This document shows positions 29,319 to 38,514 of a stretch of DNA of 64,000 nucleotides, piece by piece. This DNA comes from Patescibacteria group bacterium (GTDB lineage Bacteria; Patescibacteriota; Patescibacteriia; JAXHNJ01), in NCBI GenBank assembly GCA_041649715.1, contig JBAZMP010000003.1, forward strand, positions 36,155 through 100,154, given 5' to 3'. A program made the translations under genes and the position numbers. Numbering within the stretch: position 1 is the first letter of the stretch; each line of letters opens with the position of its first letter. The notes beneath the pieces are model-generated. The model did not search any database and was not told where the DNA came from. It saw only the letters and a list, made by a program, of their open reading frames with translations.

Positions 29319-29494
29319 AACCTCCTTTAGGTAACATTTTGTGCTCCCACCTTATCAAATAATAAAACGAGTGTCAATATCTAAATAATACAAAAAAACT
29401 ATCTTCCCTGGCCGGGGTAGCAAAGACGCTTGTCTTATTTTAGAGTAAAGACAAATCCCCTTGCTACCGTGCGTCAAAAAAGATAGTCCAAAAA

Positions 29495-29668
29495 TTAAAG
29501 ATCCGCCGGCTTAACCGTGCTTCTTTTATTTTCTTTGCAGCGTCTGCAAGCTTCATCAAGCAACATCACTACTTTCTTATCCAGGGCATCGATCAATTCA
29601 CCGGATGTGTGACAACCCTTGGTTTTAATCGTTTCTTTTACTTTTGAGGCGACAACGAGATTGGCCAT
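29495..29668 (-). CDS. 57-aa histone-fold-like small protein (DUF1931-like). Not in the supplied ORF track because it is under 60 aa.
   Basis: Manual translation gives MANLVVASKVKETIKTKGCHTSGELIDALDKKVVMLLDEACRRCKENKRSTVKPADL. The pattern (VSxDA..L.....L...A...A...GRKTVK..D-like: KRSTVKPADL) mirrors archaeal histone HMf and bacterial DUF1931 single histone folds. Preceded by a G-rich SD-like GGGGGTG. Confidence 0.45.
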   Translation of the reverse strand: MANLVVASKVKETIKTKGCHTSGELIDALDKKVVMLLDEACRRCKENKRSTVKPADL

Positions 29669-29793
29669 TTCTTACACCCCCTTTCTGTCCTAATTATAGC
29701 GTCTTAATAAATAAATTAGATTATGGGTAAAGAGAATAATCTCTTTATTTCCCTTAATTCTAGCATATATTGACAAATCAAGGCAAAACAGCT

Positions 29794-30987
29794 TCAGTCG
29801 CGAAAAAGAATGCTTTCTTTGGAATATATTTTTGTGGCGATAACCACGGAAAGAACGGCAAAAACCAGCAAACTGCCTAAAGTGGCGACAATATGCATAG
29901 AATCATAAACGCCCATTAAATTTTCCTTAAAGAGCAAAACAGCATTAACCACTGGAATAAAATAATAGGCGGTAATGGGTTTAAATCCCGGATATGAACC
30001 TAGCAGGGCTACCGGCAGCACCGTCGCGATATAAAAAGGCATGACATAATTTTGGGCCTCTTTGTAGCTTTTGGCGAAGATGGCGACAGCCAGAAGCAGA
30101 CCGGCGAACATGATGGATAAGATGATGCCGATACCAAGCATCAGAAAAACCGTGGAAGGAGAAATACTGAATTCAAAAGCGCCCACACTTTCTCCGAAAT
30201 TCGGCGGCCAGATTTTAAAAGCGGCGTACATGCTCCCGATGGACAAAACCACGGAAGTAATGGAGGCGGTTGCCACCGCTAAAAATTTCCCGGTGACAAT
30301 CTTAATTCTTGACAAAGGGGTCAGAAGCAAAGCCTCCAGGGTTTTCCGCTCTTTTTCCCCCGCGGAAATATCAATCGCAATATACATGCCGCCGATAAAA
30401 GTAAACAAGACGATAAACATGGGCAGCAATAACCCCAAGAAAAATCCCCCCTTCTCTTTTTCCGAAGCCAAATCTTCCGGCTTAACGGTAATACTCTGCA
30501 ATAAACTTGGATCCAGGCGGGCCTCTACGAGCTTTTGACTGGCTAAAGCTTGATTAAAAACCACAAGCAAGCTACTAATTTTGCTAAAAGCGGTGGTAGA
30601 TTTGGTCTCCGTGCTTTTCTGCATTACCGCAATTTCCACCGGTATACCCGCTTTTATTTTTTCCTCAAAATCAGCCGGCGGAGTGACAATCACCTGTATT
30701 TCTCCGGTGTTTAATTTCCCCTTTAAATCACCGCCCCCGGTCTTAATTTCCACTTTATCCTGCGCTTGCAAAAAATTCACCAGGGAGGGCGCTTTTTCCT
30801 GGTTTTCTATGGCCACGACCGCCACCTGCTTTTCCGCCGATTTAATCTGCTCTTGCGCAATTTTCATACTGCCGATCATCATCAAGGGCATAAAAACAAT
30901 CGGCATGACAATAGAAACCATCAAAGTCCTTCTGTCCCTGATCGTATCTTTTAATTCCTTTTTCCAAACCGATAATATTTGTCTCAT
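29794..30987 (-). CDS. ABC-2 family transporter permease (NatB-like).
   Basis: N-terminal TM, large extracytoplasmic domain, C-terminal 5-TM ABC-2 permease region. 4-nt overlap with the upstream ATPase gene. Confidence 0.7.
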   Translation of the reverse strand: MRQILSVWKKELKDTIRDRRTLMVSIVMPIVFMPLMMIGSMKIAQEQIKSAEKQVAVVAIENQEKAPSLVNFLQAQDKVEIKTGGGDLKGKLNTGEIQVIVTPPADFEEKIKAGIPVEIAVMQKSTETKSTTAFSKISSLLVVFNQALASQKLVEARLDPSLLQSITVKPEDLASEKEKGGFFLGLLLPMFIVLFTFIGGMYIAIDISAGEKERKTLEALLLTPLSRIKIVTGKFLAVATASITSVVLSIGSMYAAFKIWPPNFGESVGAFEFSISPSTVFLMLGIGIILSIMFAGLLLAVAIFAKSYKEAQNYVMPFYIATVLPVALLGSYPGFKPITAYYFIPVVNAVLLFKENLMGVYDSMHIVATLGSLLVFAVLSVVIATKIYSKESILFRD

Positions 30988-31856
30988 TTTTTAATTACAA
31001 ATTCGTAAATAAGGACAAAAACAATGATAATGACAAAAATAATTATCCTACCCAAAGAATTTCTTTTGCCGAAATATTTCTTGAAAAATGATTGCTGACC
31101 CAAATTTTCCGCCTTTTTTCTCTCTGGTTCATAATCGGTTTCTTCGCCGACCTGTTTCACAAAAGCCTCTTCCAAATCGCGAGCACCTGTTCTATTTTTT
31201 ATATTATTTATTGTATCCACGGCCAGTATTTTCCCTTTGTGCATGATGGCCACTCGGTCGCAGAGCTTTTCCGCGTTGTACATTTCATGGGTGGACAATA
31301 TGACCAACTTGCCCTCACTTTTCGCTTTCTTCATGAATTCAATCACGGTCCGCGAGGCCAGAACATCCAAGCCCGCGGTCGGCTCGTCAAAGATAATCAC
31401 GGCCGGATCGTGGATCACCGAGCGGGCAATGGCCACTTTCTGCTTCATGCCGGTGGAAAACTTGCCGGCCCGCCGGTCGGCAAAACTCCTCATATTTAAA
31501 ATTTCAATAAGATAATTTATTCTTTTTTCTAACACCTCATCTTTTAGGCCATACAATTCCCCGTAATATCGCAGATTCTCCCTGGCGGTAAAACGGTCGT
31601 AAAGACCAATGTCGGTGGTCAGCAATCCCAAAGAAGCCCGCACTTGTTCCGGCTGCTTCTTTATGTCAAAACCATTCACTTCAGCCGTGCCAGAAGTGGC
31701 CTGCAAAACCGTGGCCACAACCCTGATGGTTGTGGTCTTACCTGCCCCGTTGGGCCCCAGCAAACCAAAAATCTCGCCGTCCTTAGCCTCAAAACTGATA
31801 TTATCAACGGCGGTGAAATTTTTGAATTTTTTGGTGAGATTAACGACTTTAAGCAT
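30984..31856 (-). CDS. ABC transporter ATP-binding protein (NatA-like) with a short C-terminal hydrophobic tail.
   Basis: Walker A GPNGAGKTTT, signature LSGGQ-like FSTGMKQK, Walker B IIFDEPTAGLD. Confidence 0.85.
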   Translation of the reverse strand: MLKVVNLTKKFKNFTAVDNISFEAKDGEIFGLLGPNGAGKTTTIRVVATVLQATSGTAEVNGFDIKKQPEQVRASLGLLTTDIGLYDRFTARENLRYYGELYGLKDEVLEKRINYLIEILNMRSFADRRAGKFSTGMKQKVAIARSVIHDPAVIIFDEPTAGLDVLASRTVIEFMKKAKSEGKLVILSTHEMYNAEKLCDRVAIMHKGKILAVDTINNIKNRTGARDLEEAFVKQVGEETDYEPERKKAENLGQQSFFKKYFGKRNSLGRIIIFVIIIVFVLIYEFVIKK

Positions 31857-31860
31857 AAGA

Positions 31861-32670
31861 TTATTTCACGCAAACGTCCCTTCGGTTAAAATACCACAAA
31901 CCGGCTAAAGTGAAAACGACAAAAACGCCCCCAAAAACCAGGACATCGGTAAAAACAATCGGTTTTCCGGCCAGAATATCCCCGCCGCGGTAATAATAAA
32001 ACAAGGTGTAATGCTTCAGCCAGGATATCTTTTCCCAATACAAAGCGACAAAATTCATGATGTAAAAAGCCAAAGTCAGGCAGGCGCTCAACGCGACCAC
32101 CTTGCCTTTATTCGAGGAGATGGCGGAAAAGAAAAAAGAATATCCGAAAATCGCCAGACTGAAAAAAAATAATACTGTCATCGTATTGACTATCGCGCTC
32201 CAGTTTACGACAATCGCCTTGTCCCAAAGACTGGGCAGCCAAAAACCCAAAAGAGTCGCTCCTTCCAAAATTAAAATCGCGATAATAAAAACCAAAATGT
32301 ACGTTAGGGCGATTTTCAGCCGGCTGATGGGCCGAGCCAAAAGCAGTTCAATCGTCCCCTTTTCAATGCCTTCCGCGATCATCCGGGCGGCAAAATACGC
32401 AATAAAAAACAAAACCACGATAATCCACATCAGGTTTAAATATTCCATTCCGATGTAACTGGTAAAAGTGAATTTGCCGGTAGCATCCACTCCGAAGGCT
32501 TTCATAAAAGCCTCGGGAAACTGCTTGATATATTCTTCAAGATTTAACCCTGACTTGGCAAACATCGGGTATAGAAGAGCCATCAGGAGGCTGTAAATAA
32601 GCAAGCCAAGGCCGTAACCTATCAGACTCCTTTTGTTGTCTTTTATAACCTTAGTAAACAAATTGAACAT
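31861..32670 (-). CDS. ABC-2 type transporter permease.
   Basis: 6-TM hydrophobic protein immediately downstream of an ABC ATPase. Confidence 0.65.
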   Translation of the reverse strand: MFNLFTKVIKDNKRSLIGYGLGLLIYSLLMALLYPMFAKSGLNLEEYIKQFPEAFMKAFGVDATGKFTFTSYIGMEYLNLMWIIVVLFFIAYFAARMIAEGIEKGTIELLLARPISRLKIALTYILVFIIAILILEGATLLGFWLPSLWDKAIVVNWSAIVNTMTVLFFFSLAIFGYSFFFSAISSNKGKVVALSACLTLAFYIMNFVALYWEKISWLKHYTLFYYYRGGDILAGKPIVFTDVLVFGGVFVVFTLAGLWYFNRRDVCVK

Positions 32671-32673
32671 TTT

Positions 32674-33555
32674 TTATTCTCCTTGGTAATACTTTAAAAA
32701 TACTTCTTCCAAATTAGGCTCGTTAAAATGTACATCCGAGATATCGTACTGCCCCAGTATCTTTATAATCTGATTGACTTCTCCGGTCAGATAAAGCTGC
32801 AGATATTTTTCTTCCTGAAGCTTGATTTCCACCCCGGGCAGTTTAAAATCCTGCGGCCGATAAGCCTGCCGGAAAAAAATTTCCACGATCCTGGTCTTGG
32901 CCTGGGAAAGCTCTTCCACGCTTTTTAAGGCAATCAATTTCCCCTCCTTTAAGATCGCCACCCGGTCGCAGATTTTTTCCACCTCGGATAAAATATGGGA
33001 AGACATAAAAATTGTCGTTCCTTCTTTTATCATTTCTTGAATGATTTTGTTAAATTCAATCTGGATTAAAGGGTCTAGACCGCCCGTTGGCTCGTCTAAA
33101 ATCAAAAGTTTGGGTTTGCCGGATAAAGCCTGCAGCACCCCGATTTTTTGCCTGTTGCCCTTTGATAAATCGCTGACCCTTCTTTTCAAATCGATATCCA
33201 ATCTCTCCGTCAATTCTTTCACCCACTCTTTATTCAAGCCGCCATAAAAAGCAGCCAGGAATTTTGTCAGGTATTCGCCGGAATAACGGTCATATAATTT
33301 GACATCACCCGCCAGATACCCTACTTTCTTCATTATTTCTACCCGACTTTTTTGGCAGTCAAGACCAAAGACAGAAGCCCTTCCTTCCGTGGGACGGATA
33401 AAACCCATCAGCATTCTGATGGTGGTTGTTTTACCGGCGCCATTAGGCCCTAAAAAACCGAAGATCTCCCCTTCTTTTACCTCCAGGTTAAGGCCGTCAA
33501 CCGCCTTAATTTTGCCGCGATCAAAAGTCTTTGTTAAATTTTCGGTTTTAATCAT
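32674..33555 (-). CDS. ABC transporter ATP-binding protein.
   Basis: Walker A GPNGAGKTTT, signature LSKGNRQK, Walker B LILDEPTGGLD. Confidence 0.85.
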   Translation of the reverse strand: MIKTENLTKTFDRGKIKAVDGLNLEVKEGEIFGFLGPNGAGKTTTIRMLMGFIRPTEGRASVFGLDCQKSRVEIMKKVGYLAGDVKLYDRYSGEYLTKFLAAFYGGLNKEWVKELTERLDIDLKRRVSDLSKGNRQKIGVLQALSGKPKLLILDEPTGGLDPLIQIEFNKIIQEMIKEGTTIFMSSHILSEVEKICDRVAILKEGKLIALKSVEELSQAKTRIVEIFFRQAYRPQDFKLPGVEIKLQEEKYLQLYLTGEVNQIIKILGQYDISDVHFNEPNLEEVFLKYYQGE

Positions 33556-33560
33556 AATGT

Positions 33561-33608
33561 TGTTTAAATTCTAAATTCTAATCTCGAAATCCGAAACAAT
33601 TTCTAAGC
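33561..33608 (-). repeat. GGATTT-family repeat element. This copy is the left inverted repeat flanking gene 33780..34436.
   Basis: Its reverse complement, gcttagaaattgtttcggatttcgagattagaatttagaattta, matches the right flank 34640..34700 (tttcggattt...agaatttaggattta) at roughly 80% identity. Confidence 0.45.
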
Positions 33609-33779
33609 ACTAATATTCCAAACTCTAGTTACTATCACCCGTCACCCTGAATTTTTTTCAGTGTCCCTATCGTTACCGTTGTTTTAACCAACTTAATGGA
33701 AGTAATAAGAGATAAACAGTGTTTTCAAAAGGCGATTTGTCAGTTACATAGCTTAAAGTTAGTCTAAATTTATTAACTA

Positions 33780-34436
33780 TCAGGATTGTATAAAATCATT
33801 ATCTTTATATTCTAAATCGTTAAAATAATCACACGAATATCCCAGTTTTTTTTCTTCACCGCCCCAGCTATTACATGTGGCTATTTTATTACCCTCTCTA
33901 TCATAGTATATCTCACCCATGTCTGTAACCCAAGCACTTACCTGATATATTCTGCCGTATTTTTTAGTATTCCAAGAAACAATTTCATAATGGTTATCTT
34001 CCCATAAATTCCATGAATTAGAACTATATTGACTTTTTATATTATTTACAACAGTCATGTTAACCTTATCATCATCTGTGTTTGACGAGGGTTTTTGAGT
34101 GAAAAGATATAGTACGACACAAATTATGCCATAAACTAACCCGATAAATAATAACGTCAGCAGTAGTGATTTAACGAGATTTTTTTTATTAATAAACACA
34201 AAATAACAAGAAATGATGTATATTGCTATTAGGTATATTAGATTAAAAATAATGAAGATTGGCCAAGAATCTGGGACAGCACCCATAAACATATATTTAT
34301 AAGTTGACAGACGAGATAAAAAACTCGCTTCAATTAAATCAGTAAAAAACCAGACGGCAACAACTGTAATTATTATTAGTCCAAAAAATATTAATAGTTT
34401 CTTTTTTACTGGTTTTAAAAATTTTAAGATGAACAT
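33780..34436 (-). CDS. Hypothetical membrane protein, strongly AT-rich, flanked by inverted repeats.
   Basis: 3 N-terminal TM helices plus a Trp/Tyr/Cys-containing C-terminal domain. Coding GC is about 30% versus about 47% in neighbours. Confidence 0.5.
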   Translation of the reverse strand: MFILKFLKPVKKKLLIFFGLIIITVVAVWFFTDLIEASFLSRLSTYKYMFMGAVPDSWPIFIIFNLIYLIAIYIISCYFVFINKKNLVKSLLLTLLFIGLVYGIICVVLYLFTQKPSSNTDDDKVNMTVVNNIKSQYSSNSWNLWEDNHYEIVSWNTKKYGRIYQVSAWVTDMGEIYYDREGNKIATCNSWGGEEKKLGYSCDYFNDLEYKDNDFIQS

Positions 34437-34631
34437 ATTATTATAACTTAATTATAAGTCGGGTAACTAGAGGTCTCGTCATACGACGGGGTAAAGATTT
34501 GCACTCAAAAATTTAAGATTCCCGCCCGCCAAAGCGAGCTGATATTAATTAGAGTTGCAGAAGGGTTTTTTATACAAAAGAGTTGTAAGGGCAGGAGATG
34601 CTGAAACAAGTCCAGCATGGCGCATACGGAA

Positions 34632-34700
34632 ACGGGTTTCGGATTTGGAATTTCGGATTTAGGATTTGTTTAGAATTTAGGATTTAGGATTTCGGATTTT
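34632..34700 (+). repeat. GGATTT-family repeat element with internal tandem 9-11 nt units. This copy is the right inverted repeat of the 33780..34436 cassette.
   Basis: gaaacgggtttcggatttggaatttcggatttaggatttgtttagaatttaggatttaggatttcggatttt. Degenerate tandem units with irregular period. Confidence 0.45.
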
Positions 34701-34705
34701 ACAAT

Positions 34706-35704
34706 TTAATACCAGTCAATGTTGAGAGAAGCGGCGCCCATATCAACGTTCATCTCAATCTTTTTCGTGGTTTGATCATAATTCTCCGACTGGTAAGTAT
34801 TGTCGTCCAATTTCTCAAAATCGGAAAGATCCTTGCTGGATACGCCGGAGTCAATTTTAACTTTAGCGCCGACATCTTTGGGCAGTAAAATATCCGTGGA
34901 CGAAGCCCCGGTCTCAAGGGTAAAAGTAACATCTTCCACTAAATTGCCGAATTTGATCTCGGCGGAAGTGGCGCCCGAATTAATTTCAAGTTTTGAAAGC
35001 ATCACTTGAGAAAAATCCAAATTCATGTCCATCGCCCCCACGCCCAGGGTCAATTCCAAAGGCACTTTATCCGTCAGATTAACCGCCAGATCATTACGGC
35101 TTGAGCCGAACCAGTTTGACCAATGACGATTGGCTTTTGTGGTAAGGCTGTAAGTTAACTTCCCGCCCGTTGTCTCTTTTGTGGTGGTTAATTCCGTTAT
35201 ATTCGAGTCTAACTGCCCGGCAATGAAAAATTGGGAGCCGCCCTTGATGGTCAGATTGCCGGCGCCGGCGTCCAGAGTAACTTCACCGCTGGTTATCTCC
35301 GGAACTAAAGTTTCCGAAAACTCATAGGTCTTCACTTCCCGGTTGGTATCCGGCCAAAATATGGTGCTAAAGACAATGCCGCCCACGATCAGAATGACAA
35401 CTATCCCCCCGAAAATTGTTCCCATTATCCCCCGCCGAGTCAGCATGGATAAGGCAATAACGATAAGAATGACCGGCCAGAAACGCCAAATATTTTCCAT
35501 ATTGACGGAAAACCAGCCGAAATTATTGCCTAAAAAAGCGATGCCGGCAAAAAGCAGTATTAAGGCCCAGAAAAACCGGCCCATATCCCATCCCTTGCGT
35601 TTGTCATAATGGTGGTGATAATGAATTTCTTTTGGTTCGACTGACGGTTCTTCTTTTTTTACCTCGTTTTGTGTTTGATTTTGTTCTGTCTTTTGCTCTT
35701 CCAT
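34706..35704 (-). CDS. LiaF-like membrane protein (N-terminal DUF5668-like TM module plus C-terminal DUF4097/'toastrack' putative adhesin domain).
   Basis: His-rich N-terminus, LILLFAGIAFL...WPVILIVIALSMLTRR TM pair, then a beta-rich C-terminal domain. Confidence 0.55.
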   Translation of the reverse strand: MEEQKTEQNQTQNEVKKEEPSVEPKEIHYHHHYDKRKGWDMGRFFWALILLFAGIAFLGNNFGWFSVNMENIWRFWPVILIVIALSMLTRRGIMGTIFGGIVVILIVGGIVFSTIFWPDTNREVKTYEFSETLVPEITSGEVTLDAGAGNLTIKGGSQFFIAGQLDSNITELTTTKETTGGKLTYSLTTKANRHWSNWFGSSRNDLAVNLTDKVPLELTLGVGAMDMNLDFSQVMLSKLEINSGATSAEIKFGNLVEDVTFTLETGASSTDILLPKDVGAKVKIDSGVSSKDLSDFEKLDDNTYQSENYDQTTKKIEMNVDMGAASLNIDWY

Positions 35705-35888
35705 AAATTTATTTATTTATAATATATATTGTTCAAATAAATATCTGATTGCTTCCCGAAGAGGATATAATATTAATAATAGTCCGAATAATATCCCCTG
35801 TTTCTTGCTGATAACACCGTATATTACCAGGAATATATCAGTGATTAATAGAGAGGCAAAGGCAATAATAAACGTCCACATAAAAAGG

Positions 35889-36452
35889 CTATTTTCTTCG
35901 AAAAATCATAAAAAGAGCGATCGCAATCAAAATCAGCGGCCAGAGCTTCCAGGAACCGATCATGTTCGCGTAAAAAATCAGGGATAAAACCGTCAAAATT
36001 GTGGCCGGGATCAACAAAGGTTTCATCGCCCTTTGCGAACCGAAATAAGTGACAAAAAAAGCCAGGCCGGGAACCAAGATAAAAGTCGGCCACAAATACT
36101 CCATATATTGCCAGCTGGCCGAATTCATGATAAAGAAAAACAGCCCCAGGAAAGTAAGAATTGAACCGGGGATCAATATTCCATAAAGCTTACTTTTTTC
36201 TCCGGCCACGAAAAACCAGACGAAAAAAGCCAGGCCGGGGACCAAAACGAAAATCGGCCACCAGTACTCCCAGTTCCAATTAGGCAGAAAATTAGCCGCC
36301 AAAAAAGCGACGCCCAATATCAACAAAATCACGGCGGGAAAAACGGTCGCTTTTTTGCCTTTTGGTTCTTCTTTTGTATTATTCTGTTCTTCCATTTTAT
36401 TATTTAATAGTTGATAATTATATTTGACACTAGACACGAAGACACCCGACAC
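35889..36452 (-). CDS. Membrane protein with two DUF5668-like (LiaF/PspC C-terminal type) TM-hairpin modules.
   Basis: Repeats of the ...FLAANF...WxxWWPIFVLVPGLAFFV... module, ending LWPLILIAIALFMIFRRK. Confidence 0.5.
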   Translation of the reverse strand: MSGVFVSSVKYNYQLLNNKMEEQNNTKEEPKGKKATVFPAVILLILGVAFLAANFLPNWNWEYWWPIFVLVPGLAFFVWFFVAGEKSKLYGILIPGSILTFLGLFFFIMNSASWQYMEYLWPTFILVPGLAFFVTYFGSQRAMKPLLIPATILTVLSLIFYANMIGSWKLWPLILIAIALFMIFRRK

Positions 36453-36505
36453 AATAAATTTTAAATGCTATTCTTCATGTCTTTATGTCTTCTTGTCTTC
36501 AAGTC

Positions 36506-36712
36506 TTATTTTTTTCGGCGAAAAAGCATCACTAAAGCAATAACAATTAGGATCACCGGCCAAAGCTTGCCGATATCAAAAGAGGTGATGTAGTTTTCCA
36601 GAAGAAAGAATATACCGATAGCCAGCAGGATAAGGGCGCCGGTGATGTTACGTTTATCATTCTTATTTTCTTTAACCGGCTGATTATTCTCTGGCTTTTG
36701 TTCTTCATTCAT
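36506..36712 (-). CDS. Small membrane protein (68 aa) with a single DUF5668-like TM hairpin.
   Basis: ILLAIGIFFLLENY...KLWPVILIVIALVMLFRRKK; same C-terminal module as its three neighbours. Confidence 0.5.
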   Translation of the reverse strand: MNEEQKPENNQPVKENKNDKRNITGALILLAIGIFFLLENYITSFDIGKLWPVILIVIALVMLFRRKK

Positions 36713-36735
36713 AAATTTTATAATTATTTAATAAA

Positions 36736-37221
36736 TTAGCTTCGGCGCCTAAAAAGCATGACTAAGGCCATTAATATCAGTATTACCGGCCAAAGCTTGC
36801 CCCAGTTTAACCAGGTGGTAAAATTTGCCGCCAGGAAAAACACGCCGATAACCAGCAGGATGATCGCGGGCCAAGCCCGGCGTTCAATTCTCTTTTTTTC
36901 TTCGGGCGTGCAGCATTCCTCCTCTTTTTTTTCGTCTTTGCTGAAAGCTTCTTTTATTTCTTCCGCTTTGCCCTTCACCTCGCTGGCAAATTGATTCACC
37001 GCTTCTTTGCTGCCGGCTTTGACGGCCTCACCCTCGCCTGGGTTTTGCGGCACGACAATCCACAGAATAACATAGGCCAAAACTCCGGCGCCGCCGGCCA
37101 GGACGATAACCACGAAAATAATTCGGACCAAGGTTACATCCAGATCGAAATACTCGGCTAAACCGGCGCAGACGCCGGCGATAATCTTGTCTTTGTTAGA
37201 ACGATAAAGTTTCTTGTCCAT
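36736..37221 (-). CDS. PspC-domain envelope stress protein with a C-terminal DUF5668-like module.
   Basis: LYRSNKDKIIAGVCAGLAEYFDLDVTLVRIIFVV is the PspC domain signature; C-terminal ...KLWPVILILMALVMLFRRRS. Confidence 0.75.
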   Translation of the reverse strand: MDKKLYRSNKDKIIAGVCAGLAEYFDLDVTLVRIIFVVIVLAGGAGVLAYVILWIVVPQNPGEGEAVKAGSKEAVNQFASEVKGKAEEIKEAFSKDEKKEEECCTPEEKKRIERRAWPAIILLVIGVFFLAANFTTWLNWGKLWPVILILMALVMLFRRRS

Positions 37222-37379
37222 GTTGGTAATTTATAATTAATAATGTATAATTTATAATTTTTCGTGATTCGGAAGATATGCCGATAGACCATTGACGATA
37301 AACGTAACCATTAACGCCGCCTGAGAACGAAAGGATAATATCTTAATATCTTAATCGCTTAGTCGCCCAATATCAAGCG

Positions 37380-38513
37380 CTACTGCGTCGTCTTCTCAAA
37401 CCGGAAAGTCTTCCAGGCGATTAAAAAAGTCACCACAATCCAACCCCCAAGCATCAGTAATTGCATCTTGATATCGCCCAGACCGGCGTTATTATTCGCC
37501 ACATCCCTTAACGCTTCAATCAGGGGGGTTAAGGGCAGATATTTAGTCACCTGGTAGACGGCCGGGGGTAAAACTTCAGAGGGATAAAAAACGCCGGACA
37601 AAAACATCATGGGCATAAAAACCGCCTGGGCCATGGCGCCAGCCGCGTTCACGGTCTTGGCGATTCCGGCGATAGTAAAGCCGATACTCAAGAAAATCAA
37701 ACTGCCCAAAAGAGACAATCCATACATCAAAAATATATTGCCGTAAAAATGCACATTATAGGCAAATTTTGCCACTCCCACAATCAGGCTTAACTGAATA
37801 ACCGCCAGAATCAAGTAGGAAAAAACCTGGGCTACCAGAAAATCGCGAACCTTCAAGGGGGTGGCCGTCAGCCTTTTAAGCAGCTTCTGTTCCCTGTATT
37901 TGACGATCTCCGAAGAAATGCCGATGATGGCGGCCGACATCACGGCCATGGCCATAATGCCCGGGGTAAGCATGTCAAGATACGAAATTTCCTTGGCCTT
38001 TAAACTCTCCGCTTTCATCACAAAACTTTTTGAAACACCGGCCAACTGAAAATTCACTTCGTCGATAAACTGGTTCAAGGTGCTTAATATAATGGAATTG
38101 GTCTGGACATTAGCCTCGTTGTAATAAACCTGTATATCGGTCGGAGTGGGCAAGGCCTGTGACGGGACAGCCTTAACATTAACCGCTATTTCCGGCGCTT
38201 TAAAGTTTTCCGGGATAACAATAACAAAATCCAGATCGCCCTGTTCCAATACTTTTTTCGCTTCATCAATGTTTGTATACTGGCTTTCTATCTGGAAAAA
38301 TTCAATCTTTTTCAAACCGTCGGCAAACTGGGCCGAAACCGGCGAATTGGCTTTATCAATCAGCGCCACTTTAGAGTGACCGATGTCATTAAAATTAAAA
38401 AGGCCGAAAATAACGATAAACATGGTCGGAAAAAGCAGGGTCCAAAACAAAGCCTGCTTGTCCCGAAAAGTCATTTTCAAATTGGCAACTAGCAATTTTC
38501 CGATAGTCTTCAT
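37380..38513 (-). CDS. ABC-2 family transporter permease.
   Basis: N-terminal TM, extracytoplasmic domain, 5 C-terminal TMs. 1-nt gap to the upstream ATPase gene. Confidence 0.7.
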   Translation of the reverse strand: MKTIGKLLVANLKMTFRDKQALFWTLLFPTMFIVIFGLFNFNDIGHSKVALIDKANSPVSAQFADGLKKIEFFQIESQYTNIDEAKKVLEQGDLDFVIVIPENFKAPEIAVNVKAVPSQALPTPTDIQVYYNEANVQTNSIILSTLNQFIDEVNFQLAGVSKSFVMKAESLKAKEISYLDMLTPGIMAMAVMSAAIIGISSEIVKYREQKLLKRLTATPLKVRDFLVAQVFSYLILAVIQLSLIVGVAKFAYNVHFYGNIFLMYGLSLLGSLIFLSIGFTIAGIAKTVNAAGAMAQAVFMPMMFLSGVFYPSEVLPPAVYQVTKYLPLTPLIEALRDVANNNAGLGDIKMQLLMLGGWIVVTFLIAWKTFRFEKTTQ

Positions 38514-38514
38514 A

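Noticed and set aside
30071-30994. Plus-strand ORFs 30071..30538, 30581..30994, 30766..30954 and similar antisense ORFs inside ABC, copA and other genes
   Set aside because: All lie antisense within confidently assigned genes and lack start contexts.
34632-34700. Possible CRISPR array suggested by tandem ggattt-containing units
   Set aside because: Units are 9-11 nt, degenerate and contiguous without spacers. No cas genes are present. Interpreted as a microsatellite-like expansion of the GGATTT repeat family.
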